Source of the DNA: Eubacteriales bacterium
GTDB taxonomy: Bacteria > Bacillota > Clostridia > Oscillospirales > CAG-272
DNA length: 46,620 nucleotides
Direction of reading: 5' to 3'
NCBI GenBank assembly: GCA_045542155.1
Contig: JAZQKM010000091.1
Location: 1-46,620 of the forward strand
Under the pieces are notes generated by a model. That model worked only from the letters and a program-made list of their open reading frames with translations. It did not search any database and was not told the origin of the DNA. Shown here piece after piece: positions 1 through 8,586 of this stretch (position 1 is its first letter; every line of letters begins with the position of its first letter). The position numbers were made by a program, and so were the translations under genes.

Positions 1-67
1 TAGAAAGCTCATAAGCGGAAAAGATACCGCCGGGGCCCGCGCCGATAATGATAACGTCGTAATTCAT
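1..67 (-). CDS. FAD/NAD(P)-binding oxidoreductase, N-terminal fragment (gene runs off the left edge)
   Basis: Reverse complement reads ATG AAT TAC GAC GTT ATC ATT ATC GGC GCG GGC CCC GGC GGT = MNYDVIIIGAGPGGIFSAYELS, a GxGxxG dinucleotide-binding motif. GGAGGT Shine-Dalgarno lies 7 nt upstream of the ATG at 67-65. Confidence 0.6.
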   Translation of the reverse strand, partial: MNYDVIIIGAGPGGIFSAYELS

Positions 68-128
68 ATATTACCTCCAAAAAGGTTGATGACAGTAAAA
101 TACGGGCTTGCGCCCGTTCCCTGCTTTT

Positions 129-157
129 ATTATATCATATCTTTGTGAAATTGTCAA
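129..157 (-). promoter_or_regulatory. SigA-type promoter for the oxidoreductase gene
   Basis: Minus strand reads TTGACA (157-152), 17-nt spacer, TGaTATAAT (extended -10, TATAAT at 134-129). A GCAA-loop hairpin (102-117) follows in the leader. Confidence 0.55.
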
Positions 158-180
158 GAGGGGCGGCAGAGTTACCGAAA

Positions 181-241
181 AAGAACAAAAAATCAGGAAC
201 ATCCTGCCCATTATAATAATTTTGGTGGCATGGATGTTCCT
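181..241 (-). terminator. Intrinsic terminator after the XRE regulator gene
   Basis: 10-bp stem AGGAACATCC (195-204) / GGATGTTCCT (232-241). On the minus strand it is followed by GATTTTTTGTTCTTTTT. The loop is large. Confidence 0.45.
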
Positions 242-282
242 TTTGACTACTGTGATATTATTTTTGTAAACCTTTTTATTTT

Positions 283-1356
283 TCAATTCAACAAGATTTT
301 GAAATCTTCGCGGTCGCGAAGAGCAGCGTATTTTTTATTTTCTTTTAATTGTTCCAACAAATCCTTTTCAACTGACCCACATGGTCTGCAATCCGAATAA
401 TCGTAATCATAGTGATCGAGAAGCAAACAAGTATAATACTGTTTGCCGGATGTTTGTGCTTCATCACTTGCAACTGCATATTTTCGTGCATTTCCCAGTT
501 CTTTTACAGCAGTATCATAATCTTTGGATGCAAGTGCAATATCAGCAAGTTTTTCATGGATGCCACTAAGATATACGTTGAAACGCAATGCATTACCATC
601 AGAAATAATGGATTCGATAATTGTTTTCTCTGCTTCTACGCCGGCGCGAACTCGTGGATCTGTCGCATCTCCGAATACCCACATCTTGCCAAGTATGCCG
701 CAAAGTTTTGAAAGTGCATCTGATAGCATTCCCTGCTGATGCACCAGCAACTCCTCTCCATCAAGACAAATTTCCATAGCATCATCACGACTTGTAGGAT
801 CACTTTCGGGATATAAATTCGCATATTTTTTTGCCTCTTCAATACGGTTACTGTATTTGTATGCACAGATGATATTCCAGAGAGCAGTATTTTTCCACTT
901 TTCATCTGCGCCATTTTCGTAAGCTATAAGATTATGTTGTATAGAATTATCCATCATTTCAAGAAACTCTTCATGGTTCTGACGGTCAAATGAAATATAG
1001 TATTCAACCGTATCAAGCCAATGCCAATATTTGTATTCTCCCGGATATTCTTTCACAGCTTGTTTTGCAAGTAAATAGTCCGCTTCGTGATCATCTTTCT
1101 TCCAGAACTCCACAAATTCCGAGTCGAAATAAGCTTTTCGCTCATCTTGTTCCACCGATTTTATCCCAAGCAGTTCGTCCGCAGAGACCTGAAGCAGGCG
1201 CGCTAACGGAGCAATCATGGCAATATCAGGCATCGTGGTACCGCACTCCCATTTTGAGACAGATTGATACGTAACGCCGAGTAAATCGGCCAATTTTTCT
1301 TGTGTAAAATCATTCTTTTTGCGTAGTTGTTTGATTCTTTGACCAATGTTGTTCAC
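283..1356 (-). CDS. XRE-family helix-turn-helix transcriptional regulator with a long helical (TPR-like) C-terminal domain
   Basis: N-terminus IGQRIKQLRKKNDFTQEKLADLLGVTYQSVSKWECGTTMPDIAMIAPLARLLQVSADELLG is a canonical HTH_3/XRE motif. GTG start at 1356 is preceded by GAGGTG. 357 aa. Confidence 0.85.
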   Translation of the reverse strand: MNNIGQRIKQLRKKNDFTQEKLADLLGVTYQSVSKWECGTTMPDIAMIAPLARLLQVSADELLGIKSVEQDERKAYFDSEFVEFWKKDDHEADYLLAKQAVKEYPGEYKYWHWLDTVEYYISFDRQNHEEFLEMMDNSIQHNLIAYENGADEKWKNTALWNIICAYKYSNRIEEAKKYANLYPESDPTSRDDAMEICLDGEELLVHQQGMLSDALSKLCGILGKMWVFGDATDPRVRAGVEAEKTIIESIISDGNALRFNVYLSGIHEKLADIALASKDYDTAVKELGNARKYAVASDEAQTSGKQYYTCLLLDHYDYDYSDCRPCGSVEKDLLEQLKENKKYAALRDREDFKILLN

Positions 1357-1404
1357 ATTAACACCTCACTTTCGAGTAATAAGCCGAGCTCTGCTTTCAC
1401 ATAT

Positions 1405-1433
1405 AGTATACCATATACTCCGATAGTGCGCAA
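1405..1433 (-). promoter_or_regulatory. Candidate promoter for the XRE regulator
   Basis: Minus strand reads TTGCGC, 17 nt, TGgTATACT. The -35 is weaker than in the other promoters called here. Confidence 0.35.
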
Positions 1434-1533
1434 TAACTTTGTTTTTTAGCCAAACTCGCCTGTCGCGCGAGTTTGAACGACGGTACGCCCTCTCGCAAAT
1501 CGCCCCCTGTATATCGCGTGGTTTTCATCTTAC

Positions 1534-1569
1534 AAAAAGGGTTGCACAAAAAACGTGCAACCCTTTTTC
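1534..1569 (-). terminator. Bidirectional intrinsic terminator directly after the stop of the 99-aa membrane protein gene
   Basis: GGGTTGCAC (1539-1547) / GTGCAACCC (1555-1563), flanked by an A-run and a T-run. Confidence 0.7.
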
Positions 1570-1869
1570 TTAATCATTACCCGTAATCTTTTTGATGATC
1601 CAAACCACAAAAAAGATGATCCAAGCCAAAATGCACGTTGCCAACGGAAAACACGAGACAATGGCAACAAGTAAGTATCCGATAGCATCCCATCCCGAAG
1701 AAAGAAATACCATGGCAAAGCTAATGCCTGCACAAAGAATGGCAAGAATGGTGGGAATGAGACGCACGAACACGCGACGTGACAAAAAACACAACAACAG
1801 CTGCACAACAAAAAGAAAGATGCAAGCCGCAATTACAATCAAGTTGGTGGGGTCAAATTCTATACCCAT
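1570..1869 (-). CDS. Small integral membrane protein (about 3 TM segments), no family recognised
   Basis: ORF trimmed to MGIEFD, whose ATG (1869) has GGAAAGGAGA upstream. The sequence is hydrophobic throughout (IVIAACIFLFVVQLLLCFL, IPTILAILCAGISFAMVFL, LLVAIVSCFPLATCILAWIIFFVVWII). Confidence 0.6.
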   Translation of the reverse strand: MGIEFDPTNLIVIAACIFLFVVQLLLCFLSRRVFVRLIPTILAILCAGISFAMVFLSSGWDAIGYLLVAIVSCFPLATCILAWIIFFVVWIIKKITGND

Positions 1870-1935
1870 AGTAATCTCCTTTCCGCCGCTGCGCGGCACA
1901 CAAAACGATGATAAAATTCCCGTATCACTTGCAAC

Positions 1936-1977
1936 AAAAAAAAGGGCAGAAAAAGCAACTGTCTTGCTTTTTCTGCC
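1936..1977 (-). terminator. Intrinsic terminator after the 2026..2436 gene
   Basis: 14-bp stem GGCAGAAAAAGCAA (1945-1958) / TTGCTTTTTCTGCC (1964-1977). The preceding A8 run reads as a U-tract on the minus strand. Confidence 0.7.
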
Positions 1978-2025
1978 TCAATTATATCATAAAATCCTCA
2001 AAAAGTCAAGAGTACGCGTAAGAAG

Positions 2026-2436
2026 TCAGGAATCTGACTCCTCCTCGGAGAGCTCGCTCTCTTTGGAACAGGCGTTTTCTTTCTCCTTTTTCTTCTTTCT
2101 CTTCTTCCGTTGCTTCTTGAGCGCGTCCTTTGCTGCTTGGTACATTTTCTGCAGAACGGCAAGCGTTTTTTCATCCTTTGGAAAAAGCCACTTTAAAAGA
2201 GCGATAGCAATGAAAACAGTGACAATCTTCTCGGGTGTGAACGGAAACCACAGGAATGTCAAATAAGCAGTTCCCACGGCGAACATCCAACCGATCTTAT
2301 AAACCGTACCCACACCAACAAAGACGTAGCTCCAGCCGTTTGTAATCATCCACGCCAAGCCAAAGCACAGAAGAAAGCGCGGGTTGAGGAGAAATTGAAT
2401 TGCTTTTTTGATGATTTGTTTTATTTTTTCTTTCAT
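2026..2436 (-). CDS. Membrane protein with a Lys-rich then acidic C-terminal tail, no family recognised
   Basis: Start set at MKEKIKQ (ATG 2436) behind GGGGGTGGTGAG. Two to three TM segments, then the tail KKQRKKRKKKKEKENACSKESELSEEESDS. Confidence 0.6.
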   Translation of the reverse strand: MKEKIKQIIKKAIQFLLNPRFLLCFGLAWMITNGWSYVFVGVGTVYKIGWMFAVGTAYLTFLWFPFTPEKIVTVFIAIALLKWLFPKDEKTLAVLQKMYQAAKDALKKQRKKRKKKKEKENACSKESELSEEESDS

Positions 2437-2475
2437 TATCTCACCACCCCCATCTGCCGAACATTGATTGATTTC

Positions 2476-2504
2476 ATTATACCACACGGTATTCCAAAAG
2501 TAAA
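2476..2504 (-). promoter_or_regulatory. SigA-type promoter (P1) with the shared CCTATTTACTTTT -35 block
   Basis: Minus strand reads CCCCTATTTACTTTT...GTGTGGTATAAT: TTTACT (2504-2499), 17 nt, TGgTATAAT (2481-2476). Confidence 0.55.
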
Positions 2505-2582
2505 TAGGGGGATACGTTTTTTTTCGAAAACAAAAAACGGCAAATCAACCAAAAAGTCGAAATGTCGCTTTTATATTATCAT

Positions 2583-2927
2583 TCAGGGATTGCCATTGGC
2601 ATCGGTTTTGACAACCGAATAAACATTGAGCACCTGCCCGGGAAGAGACAGCGCAACCTTGCCGTCGAAGGAAATACGCAAATGGTCGCCAACCTTATAT
2701 TTTGGACAGCCCTCGATATTGGTGTTCACAATAATTCTTTCGCCAACGTAAAAATTGCCGTTGCCGGTGTTGGTAACCTCCATAAGGCACCCACGCTCTT
2801 CAATTTCCAAAACCTTGCCCGTAAAATAGGGATTTTCGGTATCCAGCGGCCCCTCGGGCTTCTTTTGACACGCACAAATAGCAACGATGCAAGCGGAAAT
2901 CAAAAGAATAGATATCAGTTTTTTCAT
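2583..2927 (-). CDS. Small secreted lipoprotein (possibly DUF3221/YobA-like, uncertain)
   Basis: Signal peptide MKKLISILLISACIVAICAC with a lipobox-like cysteine. AAGGAG RBS. 114 aa. Confidence 0.75.
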   Translation of the reverse strand: MKKLISILLISACIVAICACQKKPEGPLDTENPYFTGKVLEIEERGCLMEVTNTGNGNFYVGERIIVNTNIEGCPKYKVGDHLRISFDGKVALSLPGQVLNVYSVVKTDANGNP

Positions 2928-2961
2928 AGAAAAACTCCTTTTTATCAGTCGAACTATTTAG

Positions 2962-2990
2962 ATTATACCACAAAATTGTCGAAAAGTAAA
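2962..2990 (-). promoter_or_regulatory. SigA-type promoter (P2) with the shared CCTATTTACTTTT -35 block
   Basis: Minus strand reads CCCTATTTACTTTTCGACAATTTTGTGGTATAAT: TTTACT (2990-2985), 17 nt, TGgTATAAT (2967-2962). Confidence 0.6.
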
Positions 2991-3023
2991 TAGGGCGATG
3001 CAATTTTCAAGAAATTGCATCGC
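2982..3023 (-). terminator. Intrinsic terminator after tag, whose U-rich tail is the -35 block of P2
   Basis: Perfect 12-bp stem GCGATGCAATTT (2995-3006) / AAATTGCATCGC (3012-3023). The minus-strand tail is CCCUAUUUACUUUUC. Confidence 0.65.
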
Positions 3024-3041
3024 TCTATTTCAATCATATTG

Positions 3042-3602
3042 TCAATTTTTATGGAGATAACATTCTGCTTCGTGCGAATAGATTATACCGATTGCCTGCA
3101 AATAGGAATAGATGATGGTAGAACCGACAAAACGCATCCCCCGCGTTTGCAAATCGTTGGAGATGGCATCGGAAAGCGCATTTGTCGTCTTGCCTGTTTC
3201 ATAAAGAATCCCCTCGCCCGCAAAGGTTTTGAGATAGTTGTAAAACGAGCCGTATTCCTCGACAATCGATGCAAAAATTTTGCTGTTGTTGATGCTCGCC
3301 TTAATTTTGAGTCGGTTGCGGATAATATCCTTGTTTTGCAGGAGCGTCTCTATCTTTTCATCATCATAAACGCAAACCTTTTCCAATTCAAAACCTTCAT
3401 ACGCTGCGCGAAAGTGCTCGCGCTTGTTGAGCACACACTCCCACGAAAGTCCTGCTTGAAAAGATTCCAAAATCAACATTTCGTAGAGATATCGGTCGTC
3501 GAAGTTAGGAAGCCCCCACTCGTTGTCGTGGTAGTCGATGTAGGTTTGATTTTTGAGATTGCACCAAGAGCAACGTGTTTTTTTATTCATAGGATGCTTC
3601 AT
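3042..3602 (-). CDS. tag: DNA-3-methyladenine glycosylase I
   Basis: RCSWC...YIDYHDNEWGLP...LILESFQAGLSW...IIRNRLKI...MRFVGSTIIYSYLQAIG matches the Tag family signature, including the N-terminal Cys/His zinc-site residues. Confidence 0.9.
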   Translation of the reverse strand: MKHPMNKKTRCSWCNLKNQTYIDYHDNEWGLPNFDDRYLYEMLILESFQAGLSWECVLNKREHFRAAYEGFELEKVCVYDDEKIETLLQNKDIIRNRLKIKASINNSKIFASIVEEYGSFYNYLKTFAGEGILYETGKTTNALSDAISNDLQTRGMRFVGSTIIYSYLQAIGIIYSHEAECYLHKN

Positions 3603-3961
3603 ACTTCGCCCAAAATCTCTTGCTGCTTTTTCTTGCTAAAGGTTTTGAGAATAAGGTTGTAGGATTTATCCGCCATTTCTTTCATCAACTCGTCAGACAC
3701 TTTGCCATCGGGTTTGATGGAGTTCCAATGAATTTTGTTCATATAAAAGCCGGGAATGATGTCCTCATATTGCTCGCGCAAAAACTCGCCTTCAAGCGGG
3801 TCGAGCTTGAGGGTGATGTAATAGGGCTTGTCGTTATTATCAAGACACACCGCCAAAAACATTTTGTCGCCGATCATATAGCGAACCCAGTTCCAATTTT
3901 CGGTGTTTTTTGTAACACCCGGTTTTTGCATCAGGTATTCATCAAGCCACGTGTATCGCAT
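3599..3961 (-). CDS. MmcQ/YjbR-family protein
   Basis: 120 aa. The pattern YLMQKPGVTK...WNWVRYMIGDKMFLAV...ITLKLDP...GFYMNKIHWNSI is typical of YjbR-like proteins. The stop overlaps the tag start by 4 nt. Confidence 0.8.
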   Translation of the reverse strand: MRYTWLDEYLMQKPGVTKNTENWNWVRYMIGDKMFLAVCLDNNDKPYYITLKLDPLEGEFLREQYEDIIPGFYMNKIHWNSIKPDGKVSDELMKEMADKSYNLILKTFSKKKQQEILGEV

Positions 3962-3976
3962 ATATGCCCCACCCCA

Positions 3977-4219
3977 TTAAAGTTTTCTCAAGTTGTCGAT
4001 TCGCTCGGAGTTTTCGGATGCCGCCCACTCTTTGAGCGTGTCGCAAGGAAATTGCGGACACTTTCCGCAGTGCTCCTGCCCCTTTTCGGCGTTGCACTTG
4101 TAGAGGTCACATTCGCCCCAAAAGACCTTGCCCTCGATTGTCTTGCAACCACCGCAGTTTTGCTCGGTTTTGAACTTGCAGGAATCGCAGTCGATTCCAC
4201 AGATAGAATAGTTTGCCAT
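3977..4219 (-). CDS. DUF3795-like cysteine-rich protein
   Basis: MANYSICGIDCDSCKFK..CGGCK...CDLYKC....CGKCPQFPCD, a Cys-rich pattern. ATG 4219 lies behind GGAGGAAATTAGC. Confidence 0.75.
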   Translation of the reverse strand: MANYSICGIDCDSCKFKTEQNCGGCKTIEGKVFWGECDLYKCNAEKGQEHCGKCPQFPCDTLKEWAASENSERIDNLRKL

Positions 4220-4284
4220 GCTAATTTCCTCCAAAAGATTTAAGCTGTTAGTAAAGCTTTTGAGAAAGCCGAGTTTGAAGGATA

Positions 4285-5181
4285 TTATACTTCGTTATAT
4301 ATCCTCTTCATGTTTGCGAAGGAAAGGCGGGTACCGTAATTGCACTCTTCCATGCCCTCATATTCGAGATAAATATCTCCATCGAAATCAGAATTCTTGA
4401 TGGTGCGCATAACATCCCAAATATCAATGTCGCCTTGCGCGAGAATAGAGCCACGAAGGAAAGTACCGTTTACAGATTTGAACCAAGAATCCTCACAGCT
4501 AAATTCTTCCCATCCGCCGGGATCTCTGTGGGCGGGACGAATATAGAAGTCCTTCATGTGAATCGTCTTTGCAAATGGGATCATCTTCTTGATTGCAATT
4601 TCGGGAATATCGTCAACGCAAGTGTAGTTGCCAACGTCAAGCTGATGCCCCCAGTTATCCCGCTTTACGCTCGTCAGAATTTGACGTACGCGCTCGGAGC
4701 CATTGGCATGAAATCCGTGGTTCTCCAAAAGTACAGTAATTCCCAGAGGCTTTGCATAATCACAAAGCTGCTCGTATGTATCTACAATAAGTGGCAGTTC
4801 TTTTTGAAACTTCTCCATTGTGTTCTCGCTCATGGGGCGAGAGAACGCCGCGGAGTCAACTCGAATGGTAGGGATCTCCATATCCGATACCATATCAATG
4901 TGTTGCTTTACTCTTGCAATTTCTGCGGCATATGCCTCATCGGAAAGCATTAGGAAATTGGCATTAAGAGAATAATTTCCAATCGGAACACCAAGTCTTG
5001 CACTGGCAGACTTGAACTCGGGACGCAATTCGGGGGTTTGTACAAGATTGAAGCCAAACGGTACAAGCTCGACTACCTCTGCCCCCATTTCACAAATTTG
5101 TTCAAAGGCCTGCACGGGCGTAAGCTCGCCCGTGCGGATCTTTCTTGATACTCCGTAAATTGAAATACCAAATCTTCTCAT
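4285..5181 (-). CDS. Sugar phosphate isomerase/epimerase (xylose isomerase-like TIM barrel)
   Basis: ELVPFGF, ITVLLENHGFH, GHQLDVGN and IHMKD blocks are typical of the AP_endonuc_2/TIM-barrel family. Start trimmed to MRRFGISIYG (ATG 5181, GGAGA RBS), which removes the overlap with the upstream gene. Confidence 0.85.
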   Translation of the reverse strand: MRRFGISIYGVSRKIRTGELTPVQAFEQICEMGAEVVELVPFGFNLVQTPELRPEFKSASARLGVPIGNYSLNANFLMLSDEAYAAEIARVKQHIDMVSDMEIPTIRVDSAAFSRPMSENTMEKFQKELPLIVDTYEQLCDYAKPLGITVLLENHGFHANGSERVRQILTSVKRDNWGHQLDVGNYTCVDDIPEIAIKKMIPFAKTIHMKDFYIRPAHRDPGGWEEFSCEDSWFKSVNGTFLRGSILAQGDIDIWDVMRTIKNSDFDGDIYLEYEGMEECNYGTRLSFANMKRIYNEV

Positions 5182-5197
5182 ATTTATCTCCGTTTCT

Positions 5198-8100
5198 TTA
5201 TGCGTTTGCATCATTGTCGGTTTCAACGCTCTCAACAAACTCTACATAGAAATTGTAAATATTGCCAAAATCATTGAACTCTTCTTTTTCTGCATCGGTA
5301 TCAACAGCCGCAAGAGCTTCTTCAAATGCTGCATAATTTGCTTGCAGATCGCTCAGTGCCTCTGCCAGATCCTCTTCGGTAGCCTCTTCGGATTTATACA
5401 ATTCGGCATAGTATTTGTAAATGATCGCGCTCATTTCCACATCAAGAAGCTTGCTGCACGCTTCCTTTACATCCTCAGAGTAAGCATCCAGGAAGGCGAA
5501 CAAGGATTCGTAGTACATACCGGACTCGCCCTCAATGTAGAGAATGAAGATAATTTGTGCTTCCAGATCCATCTTATAGAAATCTTCCATAAGACCGATA
5601 ACCTTCTGCTTATCGAAGACATCTGTATCGCCCTCTTCGGACCACATAAGCGCCCAGATCAGGTCATAGGCGTCATTCATAAACTCGCCCAGATTATGCG
5701 CCTTGTATTGGTCGTAAAAGCCCTCGCTCAGGGAAACCTGCAGGTTGACGTAGATAGCGCGATATACGCTGAGAACATAGTCGTAGCTCCAGAAGATCTC
5801 GGTTTCGGGATCGATCTCTACCTCGGGATCAACCAGTCTTTCAAAGTCACTCAAGGAGTACAGTGCCTCGTGGATGAAAATGTACTCAACGTCGATGCTC
5901 TCGTCATTTGCAGCGAGAATTTCATCGGCAATTTTCTGCGCTCTTTCAAACGCGGTAAAGAAGATATCGTACATAGGATATCCGCCCTCGAGAAGCTGAT
6001 AAGCAAGCTCTACACCGAGAATGGCATCCTTAAGCTCTGCAAATTTATCTGCCCAATTACCCAGATCAACGTCCTCACTCGGCTTTGTCGAATCCTCCTT
6101 CTCGGAATATTCTTCATAAAGGAGAGCGTATTCGTTATAAAGTGCCTCAAACTCATTGTTGAAGGTTGCTTTATCCTTGTCGGACATCTCGCTGCCGGCA
6201 AGAGCATCGGCAACAATCTTCATATTGGCTCTAAAGGTCTCGATCCAAGTCTCATTGGTAAAGCGTTGTGCATAAGCCTCGGTAGCAATTACAAAGGCAA
6301 GGTAAGCATCCTTTGCTGCCTGTGTGTCAAAAAGGTCGAAATAAAGTTCGTTTACCATATCAACAAAGAGGCAGACAAGCGATTCGTATTCCCCTGTGTT
6401 GTCAAACGCAAACGGAGGAATACTCATTGCATAAAACGCGTTCAGGGTTCCCATAAAGGAGAACTGCTGGGAAGGAGTCAATGCCATATAGAGTGCCAGC
6501 ATCTCCTTAACGTCTGCAATATACGCATCGGTTTGCGCATATCCCTCTTCTTCAAACGTTTTGGTAATGATATCAAGATACTTTTCCATCAACGCATCAA
6601 ACTCCGGCAAATCCAAAAGCGAACCGCAAAGAGGATAGTAACCGCCTTGGGTGGTGGAAAGATAACTAATCATATCGCTAAAGGTATACAGCTCCTCGGC
6701 GGTGATACCAAGCATACTGTTAAGGGGTAGACCGTAGTAGAGAACCTTATTCATCTCGTTCTCGGGAGATTCATTTGCAAGCAGCTCTTTGGAAAGCTTG
6801 CATGCCATGTGGTAGTGGTAGAAGAACTGAGTGGTGTCTGCTGTAAAATAGTTGGCAAGAGCATCGAGCTGATTCATAGCCTCGTACATGTGTGCAAAGA
6901 TAGGCTCAAGCGCAGAGGGCAAGCGAATATTCGCTATGTTGATAATAGAAGAAACGTCAGCCTTTACCTCATAATAGTAGTGATAGAGGAAATCAAACGC
7001 GTCTTTATTGGTTCTCCACGTAGAAACATAGAAGAAAAACTGCGAATAATCATAGCTATAGAATTCGCTGTTAACAATGCTGTCAAATACCGCTTCGATC
7101 TGTTCTGCATACTTATCAATATTCTCGCGCCAATCATCACCGACTGCATCCATAAGATCGTCAAGCTCAAGCATATAACCGAAAACATCAATCAAGAGCG
7201 TAAAGAACTCGGGGTCAACAGTAGGATACTCAGAGAAATACATGGGAACGTCCTCAAAATCCTCACCTGTAAAGGTAAACAATACTTCCTCTTTGAAGGT
7301 GGTCACCATGCTATTGATAACGTCATAAAGAGTGTAAATCGGTCTATCGATAACCTTCAGCTTTTCAATAGCCGCCTCTACAGACTCTCTATCGTTGCAC
7401 TGCATTTCAAACTGACCTTCGGTAAGCGTGAATGCACCTTCAAATTCGTAAATATCCTCGCCCCAGGTGTTGAAGCCATAGATCATAGCCAAACGAGCCA
7501 TGTTGAGTGTTTCTTCTCTGGTGAGCAGGCTCTGCTCTGCGGGAGACATATCGAAATAAAGTTCCATCAAATCAATGGCAAGTTCACCATTCTCAGTCGA
7601 GATCTCGGGAATATCCTCACCCGTCCAAACAAAGTCGGAGGCAATACCCGCGTTATCCTTGAACTTAGATACGGAGGTGTACTTGATAACGATATCATAG
7701 GGATAATTTTGACCATCGTACACAATGTTGACAGTTTGCTTAAGAGGCGTGTTAGAGTCATTAACGGCAGACAGATCAAAACTTTCTTCGCTGATCATAT
7801 CCTCGGTAACAACTACATCTCTCTTTACCACTCCGTTCAAAGCCGAAAGCGTCAAAATGCCGCCGGTTACGTCAATACCCTCATCGTGACTGTTGTAGGT
7901 GATCTTGGTAGGAGGGGTCAGGGTGACTTTCTCAACACTATGTACGTGAACACTAAAGCTTGCAGTGTAGGTATCGCTGCCGGAGACATAGCTTACGCTA
8001 AGCTGCTGCGTGCCCGTGCTTTTGGGATTGAAGCCGCTGACGCTTACCTTGTCGCTCTTAAGAGCAACAGTATAATTGCTGCCGTCGTTTCTTGTGATCT

Positions 8101-8566
8101 TCAAACGACCTGCAGAAAGATCGAGCGTATCACCAACAAGATAATCAGTGGTATAGTCAACGACCTGCATACGTTCAACAACGGTAATAGTCAATTCAAC
8201 GCTCTTATCCTTGTAATGAACGGTAATTTTCTGCTCTCCAAGCTTGTTCTTGTCAAAGCCCGATACGCTGACGCCCTCAGCGTTCATTGCGATCTCTGTC
8301 TTTTTACCGTCTTCGTCAACAATCAAAATACCGCTGGAAAGGTCAAGCTCCTCACCCAGAATAAAAACGGACTGAGGCATAGCGTCTTCCTTAATGGCAA
8401 TATCATTGATCTTATTACCACACCCAGACAAGGCAATCAGCAGCACCGCAACAAGAACGGTCACTACCAATGCTCCCATCTTTACGGGTAATTTACAAAT
8501 CGGCTTTTTGTGGGTAGTTGCAGCCGATTCCGTATTTTTAACATTTAGCTTGTTTTGATTTTGCAT
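5198..8566 (-). CDS. Lipoprotein with three bacterial Ig-like (Big_3-type) domains plus an ~800-aa acidic, aromatic-rich helical region of unknown family
   Basis: Lipobox LIALSGC. Three repeats of the VSVSGFD/N..K.G.Q.ITV.Y...S..F.V type. Start set at MQNQNK (ATG 8566) behind GGAGAAAACAAAA. The ORF-track start 8602 lies inside the upstream gene. Confidence 0.8.
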   Translation of the reverse strand: MQNQNKLNVKNTESAATTHKKPICKLPVKMGALVVTVLVAVLLIALSGCGNKINDIAIKEDAMPQSVFILGEELDLSSGILIVDEDGKKTEIAMNAEGVSVSGFDKNKLGEQKITVHYKDKSVELTITVVERMQVVDYTTDYLVGDTLDLSAGRLKITRNDGSNYTVALKSDKVSVSGFNPKSTGTQQLSVSYVSGSDTYTASFSVHVHSVEKVTLTPPTKITYNSHDEGIDVTGGILTLSALNGVVKRDVVVTEDMISEESFDLSAVNDSNTPLKQTVNIVYDGQNYPYDIVIKYTSVSKFKDNAGIASDFVWTGEDIPEISTENGELAIDLMELYFDMSPAEQSLLTREETLNMARLAMIYGFNTWGEDIYEFEGAFTLTEGQFEMQCNDRESVEAAIEKLKVIDRPIYTLYDVINSMVTTFKEEVLFTFTGEDFEDVPMYFSEYPTVDPEFFTLLIDVFGYMLELDDLMDAVGDDWRENIDKYAEQIEAVFDSIVNSEFYSYDYSQFFFYVSTWRTNKDAFDFLYHYYYEVKADVSSIINIANIRLPSALEPIFAHMYEAMNQLDALANYFTADTTQFFYHYHMACKLSKELLANESPENEMNKVLYYGLPLNSMLGITAEELYTFSDMISYLSTTQGGYYPLCGSLLDLPEFDALMEKYLDIITKTFEEEGYAQTDAYIADVKEMLALYMALTPSQQFSFMGTLNAFYAMSIPPFAFDNTGEYESLVCLFVDMVNELYFDLFDTQAAKDAYLAFVIATEAYAQRFTNETWIETFRANMKIVADALAGSEMSDKDKATFNNEFEALYNEYALLYEEYSEKEDSTKPSEDVDLGNWADKFAELKDAILGVELAYQLLEGGYPMYDIFFTAFERAQKIADEILAANDESIDVEYIFIHEALYSLSDFERLVDPEVEIDPETEIFWSYDYVLSVYRAIYVNLQVSLSEGFYDQYKAHNLGEFMNDAYDLIWALMWSEEGDTDVFDKQKVIGLMEDFYKMDLEAQIIFILYIEGESGMYYESLFAFLDAYSEDVKEACSKLLDVEMSAIIYKYYAELYKSEEATEEDLAEALSDLQANYAAFEEALAAVDTDAEKEEFNDFGNIYNFYVEFVESVETDNDANA

Positions 8567-8586
8567 TTTTGTTTTCTCCATTACTT

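Noticed and set aside
71-286. 71-aa ORF immediately downstream of the XRE regulator, considered as a PapR-like signalling pro-peptide.
   Set aside because: It starts at a TTG overlapping the regulator stop. It also runs straight through the regulator's terminator hairpin (195-241) and the promoter and leader of the oxidoreductase gene (102-157). It has no signal-peptide-like N-terminus and no RBS.
3015-3662. 215-aa plus-strand ORF across the tag locus.
   Set aside because: It is antisense to tag, whose product matches the Tag family motif for motif. The plus-strand translation has no recognisable features.
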